From NCBI GenBank assembly GCA_010015805.1, contig ML978126.1:558001-622000 (forward strand): 64,000 nucleotides of DNA, in the 5' to 3' direction. The notes under the pieces were generated by a model. The model had not been told where the DNA came from. It worked only from the letters and a program-made list of their open reading frames with translations, and searched no databases. Positions within the stretch are counted from its first letter, which is position 1. Each line of letters starts with the position of its first letter. Below are positions 12,513-24,783 of this stretch, piece after piece. Both the position numbers and the translations under genes were made by a program. The DNA is from Rhizodiscina lignyota (Eukaryota).

Positions 12513-15500
12513 ATGGACGGCCCTAGACGTCAAGGCCGTCCGGACGAGGAGATGTTCCTCAGCAGACCGCACGACGAGCCAGAAACTCCCACCGTGGGAC
12601 CTTTGCGAATCAACAAAGTCGCGAGTCCGAGTTTAGACCCGCAGAGAACGGGCTCTGCTGGAAATGCAGCGCAGGCATTTCCTCCGCCGTTCTCCAAACC
12701 TCCGAATGCGCCGCTGCCATATCCAGACGACCGTCCCCTCGCAAAGCCCAGTGGGCGCGTCTACACTCCTCCCTCAGAAACCGAGAGCAGGTCCAAGAAC
12801 TCGACGCCACAGGATGGACGAGGGCGAGTTGCGAGTACTGGAGGAGTGTCTGGCTCTCCGCGCACAAAATTCACTGCAGGTGATCCAAACCGTCCAACAA
12901 TAAGTGGATATGGACATGCACCATATCCCACAACCAACGATAAGGCGCCAAAGCCTTTGCCTGATTCTCCAGGCCCGGAGACGCCGGACAAGGACAGCGA
13001 CCTATTTCAGATGCCTGTGCAGCGTCCCCCGAAGACTGACGATCGACGGCCGTCTGCAACAGATGCGGTGAATCCATATCCAGAGTATCATCAGCAATAC
13101 TGGCCACCCCCAAGTGCCAGCAGCCCAACTCCGCCTGCAAACTCCAGGTTGAATATACCAAACCCTGCAGGAGTCAACCGTCTGAGCTCTACGGCATCGA
13201 CCTCGACAACGAGGGCACAGCGAGGTTCGCCGCCTCCACCTGAGACCCCAGCGGTGGATGTTCCTGGCGGAGGGATAGAAGCTAGATATGCCGCAGCCGG
13301 CATCGCGGGGACGGGCACTTTGACTGGGATGCAGAGTGCTGCTGCTTCTCAGCGGGCAGCACAATATCCACAGCCAAATCTTCGCCAGCAGACTGTTTCT
13401 GCTTCACCTCCCCAGCAACAGCAGCAACCTCCGCGAAGACCATGGACTCCGACAGAGGCACCGGGGAGTGCGCCTCATGGCCCTACAGCAGTGTATCAGG
13501 GGATGAACGAGATTACACCTGGACGTCAATCCGAGTCGCCACAAAGCATGCCTTCTTCCAGAGCGCAGCAAGTCGCAGCTGCGGAAGCGCCGCTTGACCA
13601 TGATATGTCCAGACTCAATGTGCACGAGGAAGCTCCTCCAGCGTACTCCACACTCCATCCGACAGGGCCGGGCGGGGCGCATGCTGGAGCGGGATATCCA
13701 AATGAGAAAGCAGCGGCAGCAGCAGCAATGGCGGCGGCGGGTGGGGGTGCTGCTGGAGCCGCATCTGCACCTGCGCCTGCTCCCGCGCAATATGCAGTTC
13801 CTGGAGCTCTTCCTGGAGCTCTTCCTGGAGCGCACCAGGACTTTGCGAATCAAGGGCATCCGGCGTTCGCCAACGACCCAAGACAAAACGGCGTCCAGCA
13901 ACCGACGCCAAGCTCATCATCGCAACAGCAGGTACCTGCGCCAATTCAAATAACCCAGCCAAGTGCGTCGCCTGCACCGAGCCAACCTCCTGCCTCACCT
14001 CCACCATTGCCAGAGGGGTGGATCGCACATCTCGACCCGAACTCAGGACAGTACTATTACATCCATCTGCCGACGCAATCAACTCAATGGGAGTTCCCGA
14101 AAGGACCAACTCCACTGAATCTCAACGAGCCGCTCTCTCCTACAGGCACTTTCGTGAATCCATTGACTTCGCCAGTCGCAGGCTCCTTTTCTAAGCCACT
14201 CGCGTCTCCTGGCCTTCCAATCCAGCAGCATGCGACGTTCCGTCCGGACAGCATGATGAGCATGGCGACTTTGGCGACTCCGACTGCTGCTGGATTCACA
14301 GGTCCTCCGCCCTCGGCTGGCATTGATGTGTACAAAGTTGCGCCAACAAATGGCGTGTACTTTGGTCCTTATTTGAGATATACGAATATGGACCTTGAGA
14401 GGGGTATCTGGCTAGGCTCGATATTGCTCGTGACTGAAGCTCCGCAACCTCCAACCATACATATTCATCAGAGCATTGATCTCTCTCCAAACCGTAGGTG
14501 CTATCACGAGTTATTCGATGAATAAAGCTAAATGGTGTCCAGCTCGCCAACTGAAGCCAAACCCGATATACAGCCACCAGCGGTGGATGTTCTACCGTTA
14601 CGATATCGACTTGCAAATGGACGAGGCCCAGAGCCAGAAGTGGACATACGCGATTACATCGCACCTCGGCTGCACGCGCTACGAGTTCATCGTCGCCGGC
14701 CGCCACGAGACGTCGTGGCGCTTCGTCGCGCACAGCGGCAACGACTTCGCGCTCAACGTGTCGCCGAACGAGCGCAACAAGCTCGGCGGCATCGGCTACA
14801 TGTGGAAGGACATCCTGCAGAAGCACATCGAGTGCAACGGCTTCCACGCGCAGCTCGGCCTGGGCGACCAGATCTTCGCGGACAGGCTGTGGAAGGAGAT
14901 TCCGCTGCTAAAGCAGTGGACTGCGATGAGCGGGAAGGAGAATAGGAAGAACGCGCAGTGGACGGCGAGGCATGAGGAGGAAGTCACGCATGCATATTTC
15001 CATTATTACACGAGTCATTTTGACCAGCCGCACTTAAGGGAGGCGTTTGCGCAGATTCCGCATATTTTGACGGTGAATGACCATGATATGTGAGTCCCGT
15101 CTTGTTGCCCGCAATTTTACTCCAAGGACGAAAAGGAAGGATGGAACGGGACTCGGCTGACAGTATTGTCGCAGATTCGATGGATTCGGTTCTTACCCAG
15201 AGTACATGCAATTCTCCAACATGTTCAAGAACATGGGCCGGGTAGGTATCGAAATGTACCTCCTCTTCCAGCACCACACCACCCTCGAAATCCTCCGCAA
15301 CGTCAGCAACGACATCGACCTGTTCACCATCACCGGCACCGGCTGGCACTTTGTCAAATACCTCGGCCCTGCAGTGGTAGTCGTCGGCCCCGACTGCAGA
15401 AGTGAACGCAACCCGCACCAGGTCATGGCTGGGCCAACGTACCAAGGCCTGTTCCCCAAAGTGGCGACGCTCCCGCCATCCGTGCAGCACTGTATCTGGA

Positions 15501-16396
15501 TGGTCCCGGTGCCGATCGTGTACCCGAGACTGGAGAGCGTTGAGCATCTTGCTAGCACAGTGGCGACGGGGAAGAAGGCTGTCACGGGCACGTTTAATAT
15601 GCTGGGCAAGGTCACCAGTTCAGTTGCAGGCGTTGTCGGCGCAAAGGGTGTCGTGGGAGAGGGTTTCACTAGCATCAAGAAGGCGGTTGGCAAGTCGGGC
15701 CTGATGAGCGGTGTCTTGAGTCCATTCGGCGATATTGACATGCTTGATGAGTTACGTGACATGTGGACGCATGAGTCCAAGGTAAGCTCCCGCCAGAATT
15801 TAATTCTTACTACTCTGTGAAGGACGACGGATTGCTGATATAACCCCTAGGACCTCGAGCGAACCTATTTCATCCGTACACTCCAAGGCATCGCGCACAA
15901 CAAGTCCCTCCGCATGACCATCTTCTCTGGCTCAGTGTCAGCATGCGGTGCCGGTCTTCTGCACGATCCTAGTCACCCGCAGGACCACAAGTCCATGTAC
16001 CAAATCATCTCATCGTCGGTAGTCAACGCCCCGCCGAACAGCTACGTCCTGCGTCTGCTGCACAACAACAAGCCGCTCTATGTCCCTGCAAACGGCCATC
16101 GCAGCACCAACACGCCCTCCGACACGAAGGAGGATATGATGGAGATCTTCGCACAGGATGTGAACGGCCAGCCGCGTGAGTTGAAGAGGCTGATGGGCAG
16201 GCGGAATTATGTCGCGTGCGTGGCGTTCGATCCCGAAGTCGTGCAGGGTGCGTTTGGACAGACGGTCGTGGGAGGGGCCCATGGGAGCGGCAGGCTGAGT
16301 CTCGCGGTGGACTTTTTGGTGCAGAATGAGGGCGGCTTCGGCGTGCCGATGAAGTATGGCCCGGTTGTTATTCCGCATCTGGAGTATGGGCGATGA
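12513..16396 (+). CDS. WW-domain protein with C-terminal PhoD-like metallophosphatase domain; exons 12513-14493, 14543-15089, 15175-15781, 15851-16396
   Basis: WW domain LPEGWIAHLDPNSGQYYYIHLPTQSTQWEFP; PhoD-like motifs GLGDQIFAD and NDHDIFDGFGSY; three in-frame GT-AG introns. Confidence 0.85.
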
Positions 16397-16632
16397 TGAG
16401 GTTTGGATGACCTTTGTTCGATCTCCTGGGACTCAAGGCGGCTATTTACGATTACGACCGCAAAGCATTTTGGAGTCTTTCTTCTCCCTTCTCGTCTGTT
16501 GTTGAGCGTTTAGGGCGATGAGACTGTGACGGCTATGCGGCTTTTCTTTCTTCTTCTCGTGGTTGGCGAGCACATAGAGATGCGCAATACCAAACGAATC
16601 AGCAAAGTTCATGTACTTGCGTCGTATTCTAG

Positions 16633-17877
16633 TCATGTCTCCTCTGATATACTTAGCGAGCTTATGTCTGGTACCGCGCTCTTCACGGCATCTGGGAATA
16701 GCGATTGGCCTGGCTTGCGGAAGCACGCCTGAATCCAGCACCGGTACATCTTCAACTTCCTCTGCCGATTGACAAGCAGCCGTCTGTCCGTCCCAATTCT
16801 CACAAGCTCAAACGTCGGCTTCGGCGCGTCCTCCGCGTCCTGTCCCCCAACCCAGATGTCGCGCAGCTCGTCCTCCTCGAAGAAATACACGCGCGTGCCA
16901 TCGCCTCTGACGTAGAAGTTCTCCTCCATCCACCGGCCTTTCTTGAAGCGCACCTGCGCTAGATCGCCGCGGCCGTAGTCGCGGAACAGCACCAGCCCTC
17001 CTGGCTTGAGGACGCGGTGGATATTTTTGAGCGCTTGTTGCCATTGGGCCGGCGAGAGCGCAGAGAAGATGAATATCATGAGCACGATGTCTACCGATCC
17101 GGGTTGCACGCCCGGAGGCAGTGATGGGCCCGGCGTCTCGTCCGATTGTGCCTCATCGTCTGGTGGTGCACCGGCCACATCCCATACGTCCGCGCTGATG
17201 TACTTCTCGTCGTACGCCTCGTTCTTCCGTATGAGCTCCACAGCTTTCTTACTGAAATCACACGCATGTATCCTCAATCCCGCATTCTTATTCTGCGCCA
17301 GTATCGGAAACGCCGTATTCCCCGCGCCCGCACCCACCTCGAGTAGCGTGCACGCCGGCGCATCCTCCTCCGTGATCTGATTCAGGATCGGAAACTCCTG
17401 CGCCAGCCATTTGCGGTTCTTAAAGAAGTTCGCCGTGTTATGGCTGTAGAACGTATTCCAGAACCGCTCGGGGTGCAGGTTGAACCTCCGACGGTCAAAG
17501 TCCGACACCGGCGCCTCGCGCTGCTTCACGAACTGCGATTCGGCAAAGTCCCTGTAGCTGTCGTCCGTCTCGACGTTGTCCCACGCGTTGAACTCGAAGA
17601 TGTTGTCGCCCTCTTCGAGATAGCGCGAGCCGAAGGCGAAGGGGTCGGTGCGCTTCTCCGTGTTGGCAGGGTCGCGGGGGCGTGTCGGAGGACGGCGCTG
17701 GGGCTCGAGGGAGGTGGGGATGCCGTAGTCGTCTGTTTCGGAGGGTGTGGGCGGAGATGGTGAGGTGGGTTTGTGGTAGATTGGGTCGGCGGTGACGGCG
17801 TAGCGCACGTGTTCCATGCTAGGACCTAGTTGGCGCTTCTTGCGGAGGGGGATTGAGGGTTCCTCCGCCTCTTCCAT
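16633..17877 (-). CDS. TRM140: tRNA m3C32 methyltransferase (Trm140/Abp140, METTL2/6 family), intronless
   Basis: FGSRYL...FEFNAWDNV, FFKNRKWL.QEFP, SAM motif LLEVGAGAGN, LKPGG.VLFRDYGRGDLAQVRF, YVRGDGTRVYFF. Likely start MEEAEE at 17877. Confidence 0.93.
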   Translation of the reverse strand: MEEAEEPSIPLRKKRQLGPSMEHVRYAVTADPIYHKPTSPSPPTPSETDDYGIPTSLEPQRRPPTRPRDPANTEKRTDPFAFGSRYLEEGDNIFEFNAWDNVETDDSYRDFAESQFVKQREAPVSDFDRRRFNLHPERFWNTFYSHNTANFFKNRKWLAQEFPILNQITEEDAPACTLLEVGAGAGNTAFPILAQNKNAGLRIHACDFSKKAVELIRKNEAYDEKYISADVWDVAGAPPDDEAQSDETPGPSLPPGVQPGSVDIVLMIFIFSALSPAQWQQALKNIHRVLKPGGLVLFRDYGRGDLAQVRFKKGRWMEENFYVRGDGTRVYFFEEDELRDIWVGGQDAEDAPKPTFELVRIGTDRRLLVNRQRKLKMYRCWIQACFRKPGQSLFPDAVKSAVPDISSLSISEET

Positions 17878-18209
17878 GGTTGGGGAGGGATTTGTTAGTA
17901 GATGATGTGAACGGTGAAGCGGAAATGGCGTTGGTGGGACTTGAAGAGCCTCCAAAATTAAGCTAAGCTTGGCGATCGATCTAATCTTGATCAGATCGAT
18001 TAGATATAGCACATGCTTTCGGATCTTCCCGAGATTTCAACGTGTAATGCAATCATCAGCATTATCACTGGAGAGCTCGCATTGGGTGCATCGGATGCGA
18101 CGAGCTCTCAGCTCTTTTCCTTCTGAGCTTGTCCTTCGCTGAACGCCTGCTTTCCTTCAAACTCTCACAGCTAGACCGTCTGTACATTCAATTGACCTCG
18201 CAGTCCATC

Positions 18210-19016
18210 ATGAATGCGGTGTGGACTCGACCGTCTCGTCTCGCGTACCTGAAACAACACCCACTCCATCCAATACCGCTCTCTCAATCCAAGCGCCGGA
18301 CATTCGTTCCCAACCCTTTCGCTAGCAATTCGTCACCTTCTCTCCAGACTCTCACAGCTTCAAGAACATTGCCGTATCCCAGTGCTGCAATCTACGCAAT
18401 CATCGCCGATGTCTCGAGCTACTCATCATTCCTCCCGTTCTGCCTTTCGAGCGAGGTGACGCGCTGGTCTGCGCCCGATGTTGACGGCAAGAAGTGGCCC
18501 AGTGAGGCGTCGCTACAAGTCGGCTGGGGCAGTATCACAGAGACGTTCCGGAGCAGAATATACTGCGTTCCAGAGAAGATTGTGGAGGCAGTAGGAGGGC
18601 AAAGCGAGACTACACTACAGAGCGAGGACATCAAGCATCATAATAACAGCGATGGGAGGTCGACGTCAAGAGAGAGTGGAATTTGGAATGGACAGGGGCA
18701 GCAAATATTGACCCATCTGCAATCGCGCTGGACGCTAAATCCCTTCCCATACCAGCCTCCTCCGGTGGGCAATGGAAAGAGAACGGACCCCGCTGCTCCC
18801 ACGGATACGTCAGCGAGACATCAGACGGAAGTGCAGCTTTCCCTTTCCTTTGCATTCGCGAACCCGATATACAGCGCAATGAGCTCCGCAGTCACGCCGA
18901 AGGTGGCAGGGATGATGATCGAGGCATTCGAGAAAAGAGTCGCGACGCTGCTAGACGCGCCGAGTGTGGGTGGGAAGAAGCTGGATAGCATCAATGGGCT
19001 GGCAGCCCGATCATAG
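18210..19016 (+). CDS. COQ10: Coenzyme Q-binding START-domain protein, mitochondrial
   Basis: Arg-rich presequence-like N-terminus; RTLPYPSAAIYAIIADVSSYSSFLPFC; FAFANPIYSAMS...MIEAFEKR. Confidence 0.88.
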   Translation: MNAVWTRPSRLAYLKQHPLHPIPLSQSKRRTFVPNPFASNSSPSLQTLTASRTLPYPSAAIYAIIADVSSYSSFLPFCLSSEVTRWSAPDVDGKKWPSEASLQVGWGSITETFRSRIYCVPEKIVEAVGGQSETTLQSEDIKHHNNSDGRSTSRESGIWNGQGQQILTHLQSRWTLNPFPYQPPPVGNGKRTDPAAPTDTSARHQTEVQLSLSFAFANPIYSAMSSAVTPKVAGMMIEAFEKRVATLLDAPSVGGKKLDSINGLAARS

Positions 19017-19499
19017 AGGAGCATGGAATCTGTTGGGGATGCAGAAGACCTGTTTACCAGCATAGCGCCGGCGTTCAGCCTGATCTACATCGCGAGATCA
19101 CGTCGAGGACCCAACCTCCATCATCATATAATACTTATAGCACTACGTCTTTTTTAAGTACGCTTATCTCAAGCATCACTGCCCAACCGGGCGTCAACTT
19201 TTCGAAGTGCGCATTCCGAAGTGACAAACTTATCGCCGGCCGGGCAAGCTGTTACGCCTAAGAGCGACCAGCTCTTGCACTTCAAGCTAAGCGAGACCAT
19301 TTCTAAAAGCTCAGTCTTACGTTCTCTGGAGTCTATACAACAATCGCACTTTGTTGAAATATTCCACACTTTATTTGCAACAGAGGGTTTACATCGTAGC
19401 TGCCCAGTGTCTTGAAAGTTGCCACTGACATTTTTCGTCATCCTCGATGCACTCTCCTTTGCATACTCTTCTTCTCTCCTTCAATCTATATCTACTATC

Positions 19500-21140
19500 C
19501 TCTACTCACTCGCGATCGAGCCATGACATAGGTGCAGTTGGAACGCCAGCTCAGGGCACTCATACTTACTGTGCCAGAGGATTTACACTATCCACCTGCA
19601 TCGAAGCGCTCCTTCCACGAGCCGTGTCATCAGTACTGGCAGCAGCAGGAGATCAGTTGAAGCCCGAGGAGCTTGCACCGCCAGCAGGGGCAGTCATTGG
19701 CACGTTCTTGCTGCTATTAGTAGTAGCACCGGCCTCCCCTGCCCAGCGCCTTCTCGTAGAAGCTGCTACTCTTGCGCGCGCCTTCGTCGTACGTGTGCGG
19801 AGGGCGAGCTCGACGGCCGTGAGACCTTCGTTCTTCTAGACGATGACCGAGCGACAGCGTAACCGACTGGAACCCTAAAGTCCATCGACGGCGAAGGACT
19901 CCTTTCATGAATCATATTTGTTATAGAGAACGCTGGTGCTTATGAATAGTCTCTCACTCTTACTTTCTCCGACTACATTCTATGGCACGACATCAACATT
20001 AGAAGGCAATAGTCTCAGGCGACATTGCCAGAATTGCTAAAGGCGATCAGCCAAAATGGGTATAAATTGACCTATCGGGACAGTTCGAGACATCATCGCA
20101 CACAAGGCTTCCGAGAATCGTGCGGAGATACAATTGCAGTGCTACTGCGAAACCTTTTACTGGACTTTCTGCAGAGAATGTATTTTTCTCTGACTCACAT
20201 TTCATATTTTGACAATAGAGTAGACATCTTCGCGAACATCTTAACCTGGGTCAAGCTACGGATGGACTGGGAGAAGGATCCATCTTTACCTCGGAACCGA
20301 ATTTGGAGAAGACGCTGTGCTGGCGTTCTACGATACTATGACTACCTTAGATGGATACGACTCGATTTAACAGTCGCTCGTCTATACAGTCAACTTAGAC
20401 TTTGTGGCTAAGCCATCGAAGCGTAAACGGAAGCTAGAGCCTGTCCACCGGCCGATAATCCACTACATCATACTAAGGAAGTTTCAAGTGCCCAGGCCCG
20501 CGACAGAGGACAGCACCATTGATCCCAGCCTGCGCCAATAGTAATCACTTCGACGGACGATTTTCTTCATTGTCTACGCTACTCCAGCGCTGTGTAGCGA
20601 AGCTAAGATACGCACGCTCTGCATGCATGTTAGTAAAGGGCTTTGATAGATTAATTTTAATATAGCGTGTACCTCTAATATAGTATGGCTCTCATCGAAG
20701 GGGTCGAGATAGCTAAATAAGCTTGTGTCTACCCATAGTGAGAGCATACTCGAAGAGGATGAAGAAGCTGAACTCTCAGGTGTTTACAAGTCCGTGCAAC
20801 AGGCTCGACCAGGCTCCCAACATAATCAAACGCATCATCAGCCAGCGCGCCCAGTAGGGGCTCCGACATAGAGCTTCACACATACTACGTGTTTCCAATG
20901 TAGTACGAAGCTCGTCGAAGATGGCGAAGCGGCTACATACTGCGTTTTCATCCACAGTGCGAGGGGATGTGTAAATGCGCGGGCGCTGAAGTTTTGCCGC
21001 TATCACGGACGTCTCCTACGACAACTGCAAAATAGCATTACAAAGCAATATAGCGCTACAAAACAACCTAGTTAGCCAAGCCTACCGAGATCGTGTCGCT
21101 AGTATCGAAAAGCCTACACTATCTCGTGACTCGTAGTGCT
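19500..21140. pseudogene. Island of degraded reading frames with RIP-like nonsense changes (relic of a repeat or mobile-element cargo)
   Basis: Three protein-like frames are interrupted by isolated stops, mostly TAG/TAA (one C>T from CAG/CAA). The sequence is TpA-rich, e.g. 20620-20690 and 21030-21180. Confidence 0.55.
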
Positions 21141-22025
21141 ATCGCTGTCGCTACATAGCGTGCCCTCGCCAAAGCCAATAATAGAGTACTTCCGGGTAAC
21201 CACAATCGTTTTAAGGACTCTACGGAGTGGAGTACTCCGTGACCCCCTTTTCAATTTCGATGCTCTAACGCCACTTCACAGAGCAATCGAATGTACATGA
21301 CTCCAAGATCTTTCGACATGTTCCCGGCCTTACGAGAGGTGGCGCTCTCACGTTTCACCGTCGTTGTGGCCTATTCACTTTGTAGTGATAAGGATGAGCG
21401 TAGCTAGTGGGTATTCGGGAAATTGGCATATTACGCTGGAGCAGTTGCGACACTGTTGGAGTGGCCATTGGCAAATCCCTCGTCGACATTCGTAAAACCG
21501 TTCAGCAGAAAGGCAAAATCATGAAATTGATCTTCCGAACGAGTTTGATTTTCCGACAGACTAGTGCCTTAAGCTCCAGTCTCCAATGGGTGGCAGATTG
21601 ATCTGTAGAATGCTTAGAGCAGATCGAAGGTCATGTCCTCTCGCATAGAGAGTGGCATGTTGGGTGTGCATCGGAACCCCGTACGCGCTGCTCGCGTGAT
21701 TGAGCAAGCAGCTGCTGCACAAGCCGGCGAATTTTCGCAAGTCGGCTGGAAGTGTATGGGTGGATCCCGTGCAAACTCGAATACATCCTCTAGATGAAGG
21801 GTAGCCGGGCTCACACGAACTTTGCTTTTCATCTTGTTCACTTTCAAGGCACAGACTTTATAAAAGCGGACGGAAATTTGTGAATGAAGTCTCAGCCTCT
21901 TGCATTCCACAACATATTTATAGCGGCATTTAGAAGAGCGATGATTACCGGGAATATCTCGCGAATTTCCTAACCGGGTCTTCAAAATCTTTGCGTAGCT
22001 CCTCCGCATTGTTTGCCTCGGTTTA

Positions 22026-23934
22026 TTAATATACGTATCCTAAATGTCTCAGCAACGGCAAGTCAAATGCAAAGATCGTGTCACTTACGGAAGTTAGGGT
22101 TCTCCCTGTCCGTCATATCTGCGAACGCAGTCTCGTCCAGATTCTGCTGCACACCGGCTTCGGCCTGTGCCTTGTCCCTTCTGTGGTTCTCCCAGGATAA
22201 AAGCGTGCGCAGTACGAGGGCTGTCGTAATCTGAAGCAAATGCGACACGATCATGGACCAAATTCCCAGGTTATACGTGGGGGCTTGGGACGACTTGTAG
22301 AAGAAAGGACCCGCGAGGTTACCTGTATCACCGCATTAGTGTAAAGGCAATGTCGCAATTGGGAAATGATGCCGGACCTGTGCAATACCCAAGGAACAAT
22401 ATAGCGTTCGTTACGACTTTCTTGGTGTGTCCGGCAGTATTTGCAGTAGCCAAACTCAAGATCAGCACAAACGCGGCGTTGTAAGGGCCCGTCAGGTAGT
22501 ATCCCCAAAGCCGAGCCACGTGGAGGTGGCTAGGGACGAATCGCAGCATAAATGCACCACAGACGTTCGGCAAGACAAATAGCACAATCATCAAACATCG
22601 AGTGTTCCTTTGGAGTCTCTCTGCGAGCCAGTCGTTCAAATAGACACAGCCTAGGATGCAGAAGGTCGTAAGGAATCCGTAAGGCACCTGCAGAAGTGTA
22701 GTGACAAGCGTAGAGAAGCCGAAACCTTTGATGATAAGTGTACCGAAGTTCGTGATTCCACCTGACTGTGTTAGTAACAGGTGACAAAGAGTGAGATGAG
22801 CCCTCGAGATTACCGTTCGGAATAGTAGCAACGATGCCCAAGAAAAAGAGGATGAAGGTCTTGGGATCTGTCAATGCTTCCCTGAGCTGATACCACTTGA
22901 AGTGCTTGTTCTCGACACCTGTTTGGTTGCCCTTAATCCGCTCGATTGCAATACGGCGTTCGCGATCGGTGAGCCTAGGAGCTGTGACGGGATTGTCCGG
23001 GAGGAAAATGAACATGACGACGCCCCAGATGCAGCACAACGCTCCAATGATGAGGAACTCGTATCTCCACGATGCGAGGGAGCCTCCAATGTGACCAATG
23101 CCGTAACCCAAGAGCCCACCGAAAGCCGTGCCCAAGCCTAGGAAATGAAAAGTTATTTAAAGCAACTTCTAGTTAGTTAGAGGACATTTACCATTTGCGG
23201 TGTACCATAAACCCATGCGGACTGGCTGCTGTCTCCTGGTATACCACATACTTGTGATAATCATGAACTAGAGATGCTCATCAGTTTAGTTGATCGGACA
23301 ATGTAGAGTTGCCGTTGGACGTACAGCCGGGTCAGAGCAAGATTCAGCAGCACCTGAAATGGCACGGAGAACTGCAAGATCGGTGAAATTCTATCAGGCG
23401 TTAGTGGAATGTTCTCGTTGTGTCAGAGCAAATAAGACGGGGAATTACCCTTGACACGGCTTGCAGCATCAAGAAGACACCCCAAAGGAAGATGTTGACA
23501 CCAAGATACTTCGCGACAGGCATTCGTTGGAGTAGAAGATTTGTAGGCAAAGCCCATGCCAGGAAACCGAAGTAAAAGATCGAGCTCAGCCATGAGTACT
23601 GGGTCCCGTGAAGATGGAGATCCTCCTGGAGGCCGAAGAGAGCAGCGTACGAAAGAGTAGTCTTGTCGATGTAGAAGAATGCATAACAGACGGTCAGATA
23701 AGGCAAGATGCCCAGATCAATCTTCCAGACAAGCTTGCGCTCTTCCTCGGGGTCAATAGGTTCTGAAAGTTCGGCAGGCGAAGCGAACAATGCCATGGCG
23801 GCATCGCCATCTCCTGTACGAGAGACCAGCCATTTCTCATGTCCTGGCGTAAACTCGCTATGTGCTGCTGTCACTGACACCTGCTCGGGGTCGGATTTTG
23901 AATCCATGTTTGGAGCTCCTTCGGGGGACGCCAT
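22026..23934 (-). CDS. MFS transporter, Dal5/allantoate permease (ACS) family, multi-exon
   Basis: EERKLVWKIDLGILP, IDKTTLSYAA, YSWLSSIFYFG, NQTGVENKHFKWYQ, NTAGHTKK; final spliced exon gives ENPNFR|YVY*. Confidence 0.92.
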
Positions 23935-24444
23935 AATGAATGAACACTACGAAAATTGAACTGAGCAGAACCAGAAAGCTGGGACGAGCAGGAAGAGAGG
24001 TTAAAGCAGATCAAAATAAGATTTACATCGGGTAGTTCGCCGAATGCGATTCAGTGCATTGAGATATTCAACACCCCCGGCCATTGGAATGGAAGCAGCC
24101 ACAAATGTGCTCGCGGCCTGTCCTGCGCCGCTCGACGTCTTAGGGCGATTGTATGCTTCCTCTCGCTTGCACATGGGTTTCCCCGGGAACTCGGGCGAGT
24201 GTGGAGGTGGTGTGCTCGAGCTTCAAGGTGATCATGCGGGGAGAACGGGCAAAAGACCGTTCAGGGGCACGGCAGCTAAGAGAGACACGGAGAGTCTTGA
24301 TGCGCGCATCTCGACCGCATGTTCGCGCATTCCTCACGCATCTGAAGGATTCGGGAGGCTCTCGGTTGAAAAATAGCTAATGGACCGTCTCTGCGGCTAG
24401 ACGAGAAAGACAAGCCTGGAACAGAAAATTGGTACCGAGGGTGA

Positions 24445-24696
24445 AGATAACGCCCTAGATAATACGCGTTTCGGGCGCTTCCGATTCGACAGAACGTGGT
24501 TCCGTTTCGCTGGAACACACTCCCTGCAGGAACCAAACAGTCCGCCAGCTCCAGCTGAGCCTCTGGAGATCATTGGATTGTCGGGTTCGACTCATGGAAA
24601 GCTCGGAGACGCTGTGGGCACGAAAAAGCAAATACATTCCATGTTGCTGAAAAACATCTTTTTGTAATGTAGCGACATTGGAGGAGGCTCTTATCT
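24445..24696. promoter_or_regulatory. Candidate GATA (AreA/NIT2-type) sites upstream of the Dal5-family permease
   Basis: AGATAA at 24445-24450 and 24457-24462, TTATCT at 24691-24696. Function inferred only from family knowledge. Confidence 0.3.
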
Positions 24697-24783
24697 GCCC
24701 GTCTCTCTCTGCACGCCTTTTATATCCACCAAGAACCTCGCTAACATCCAGCTCTAAACGCTTGAATATCAAGGGAGCTGAGC

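Noticed and set aside
16633..18012. Programmed +1 frameshift as in yeast ABP140
   Set aside because: The gene is one continuous ORF, so no frameshift is needed. The extension 17878-18012 looks like UTR/promoter.
21222..21241. ACGGAGT...ACTCCGT palindrome
   Set aside because: A common short motif in fungal intergenic DNA; no element boundaries visible.
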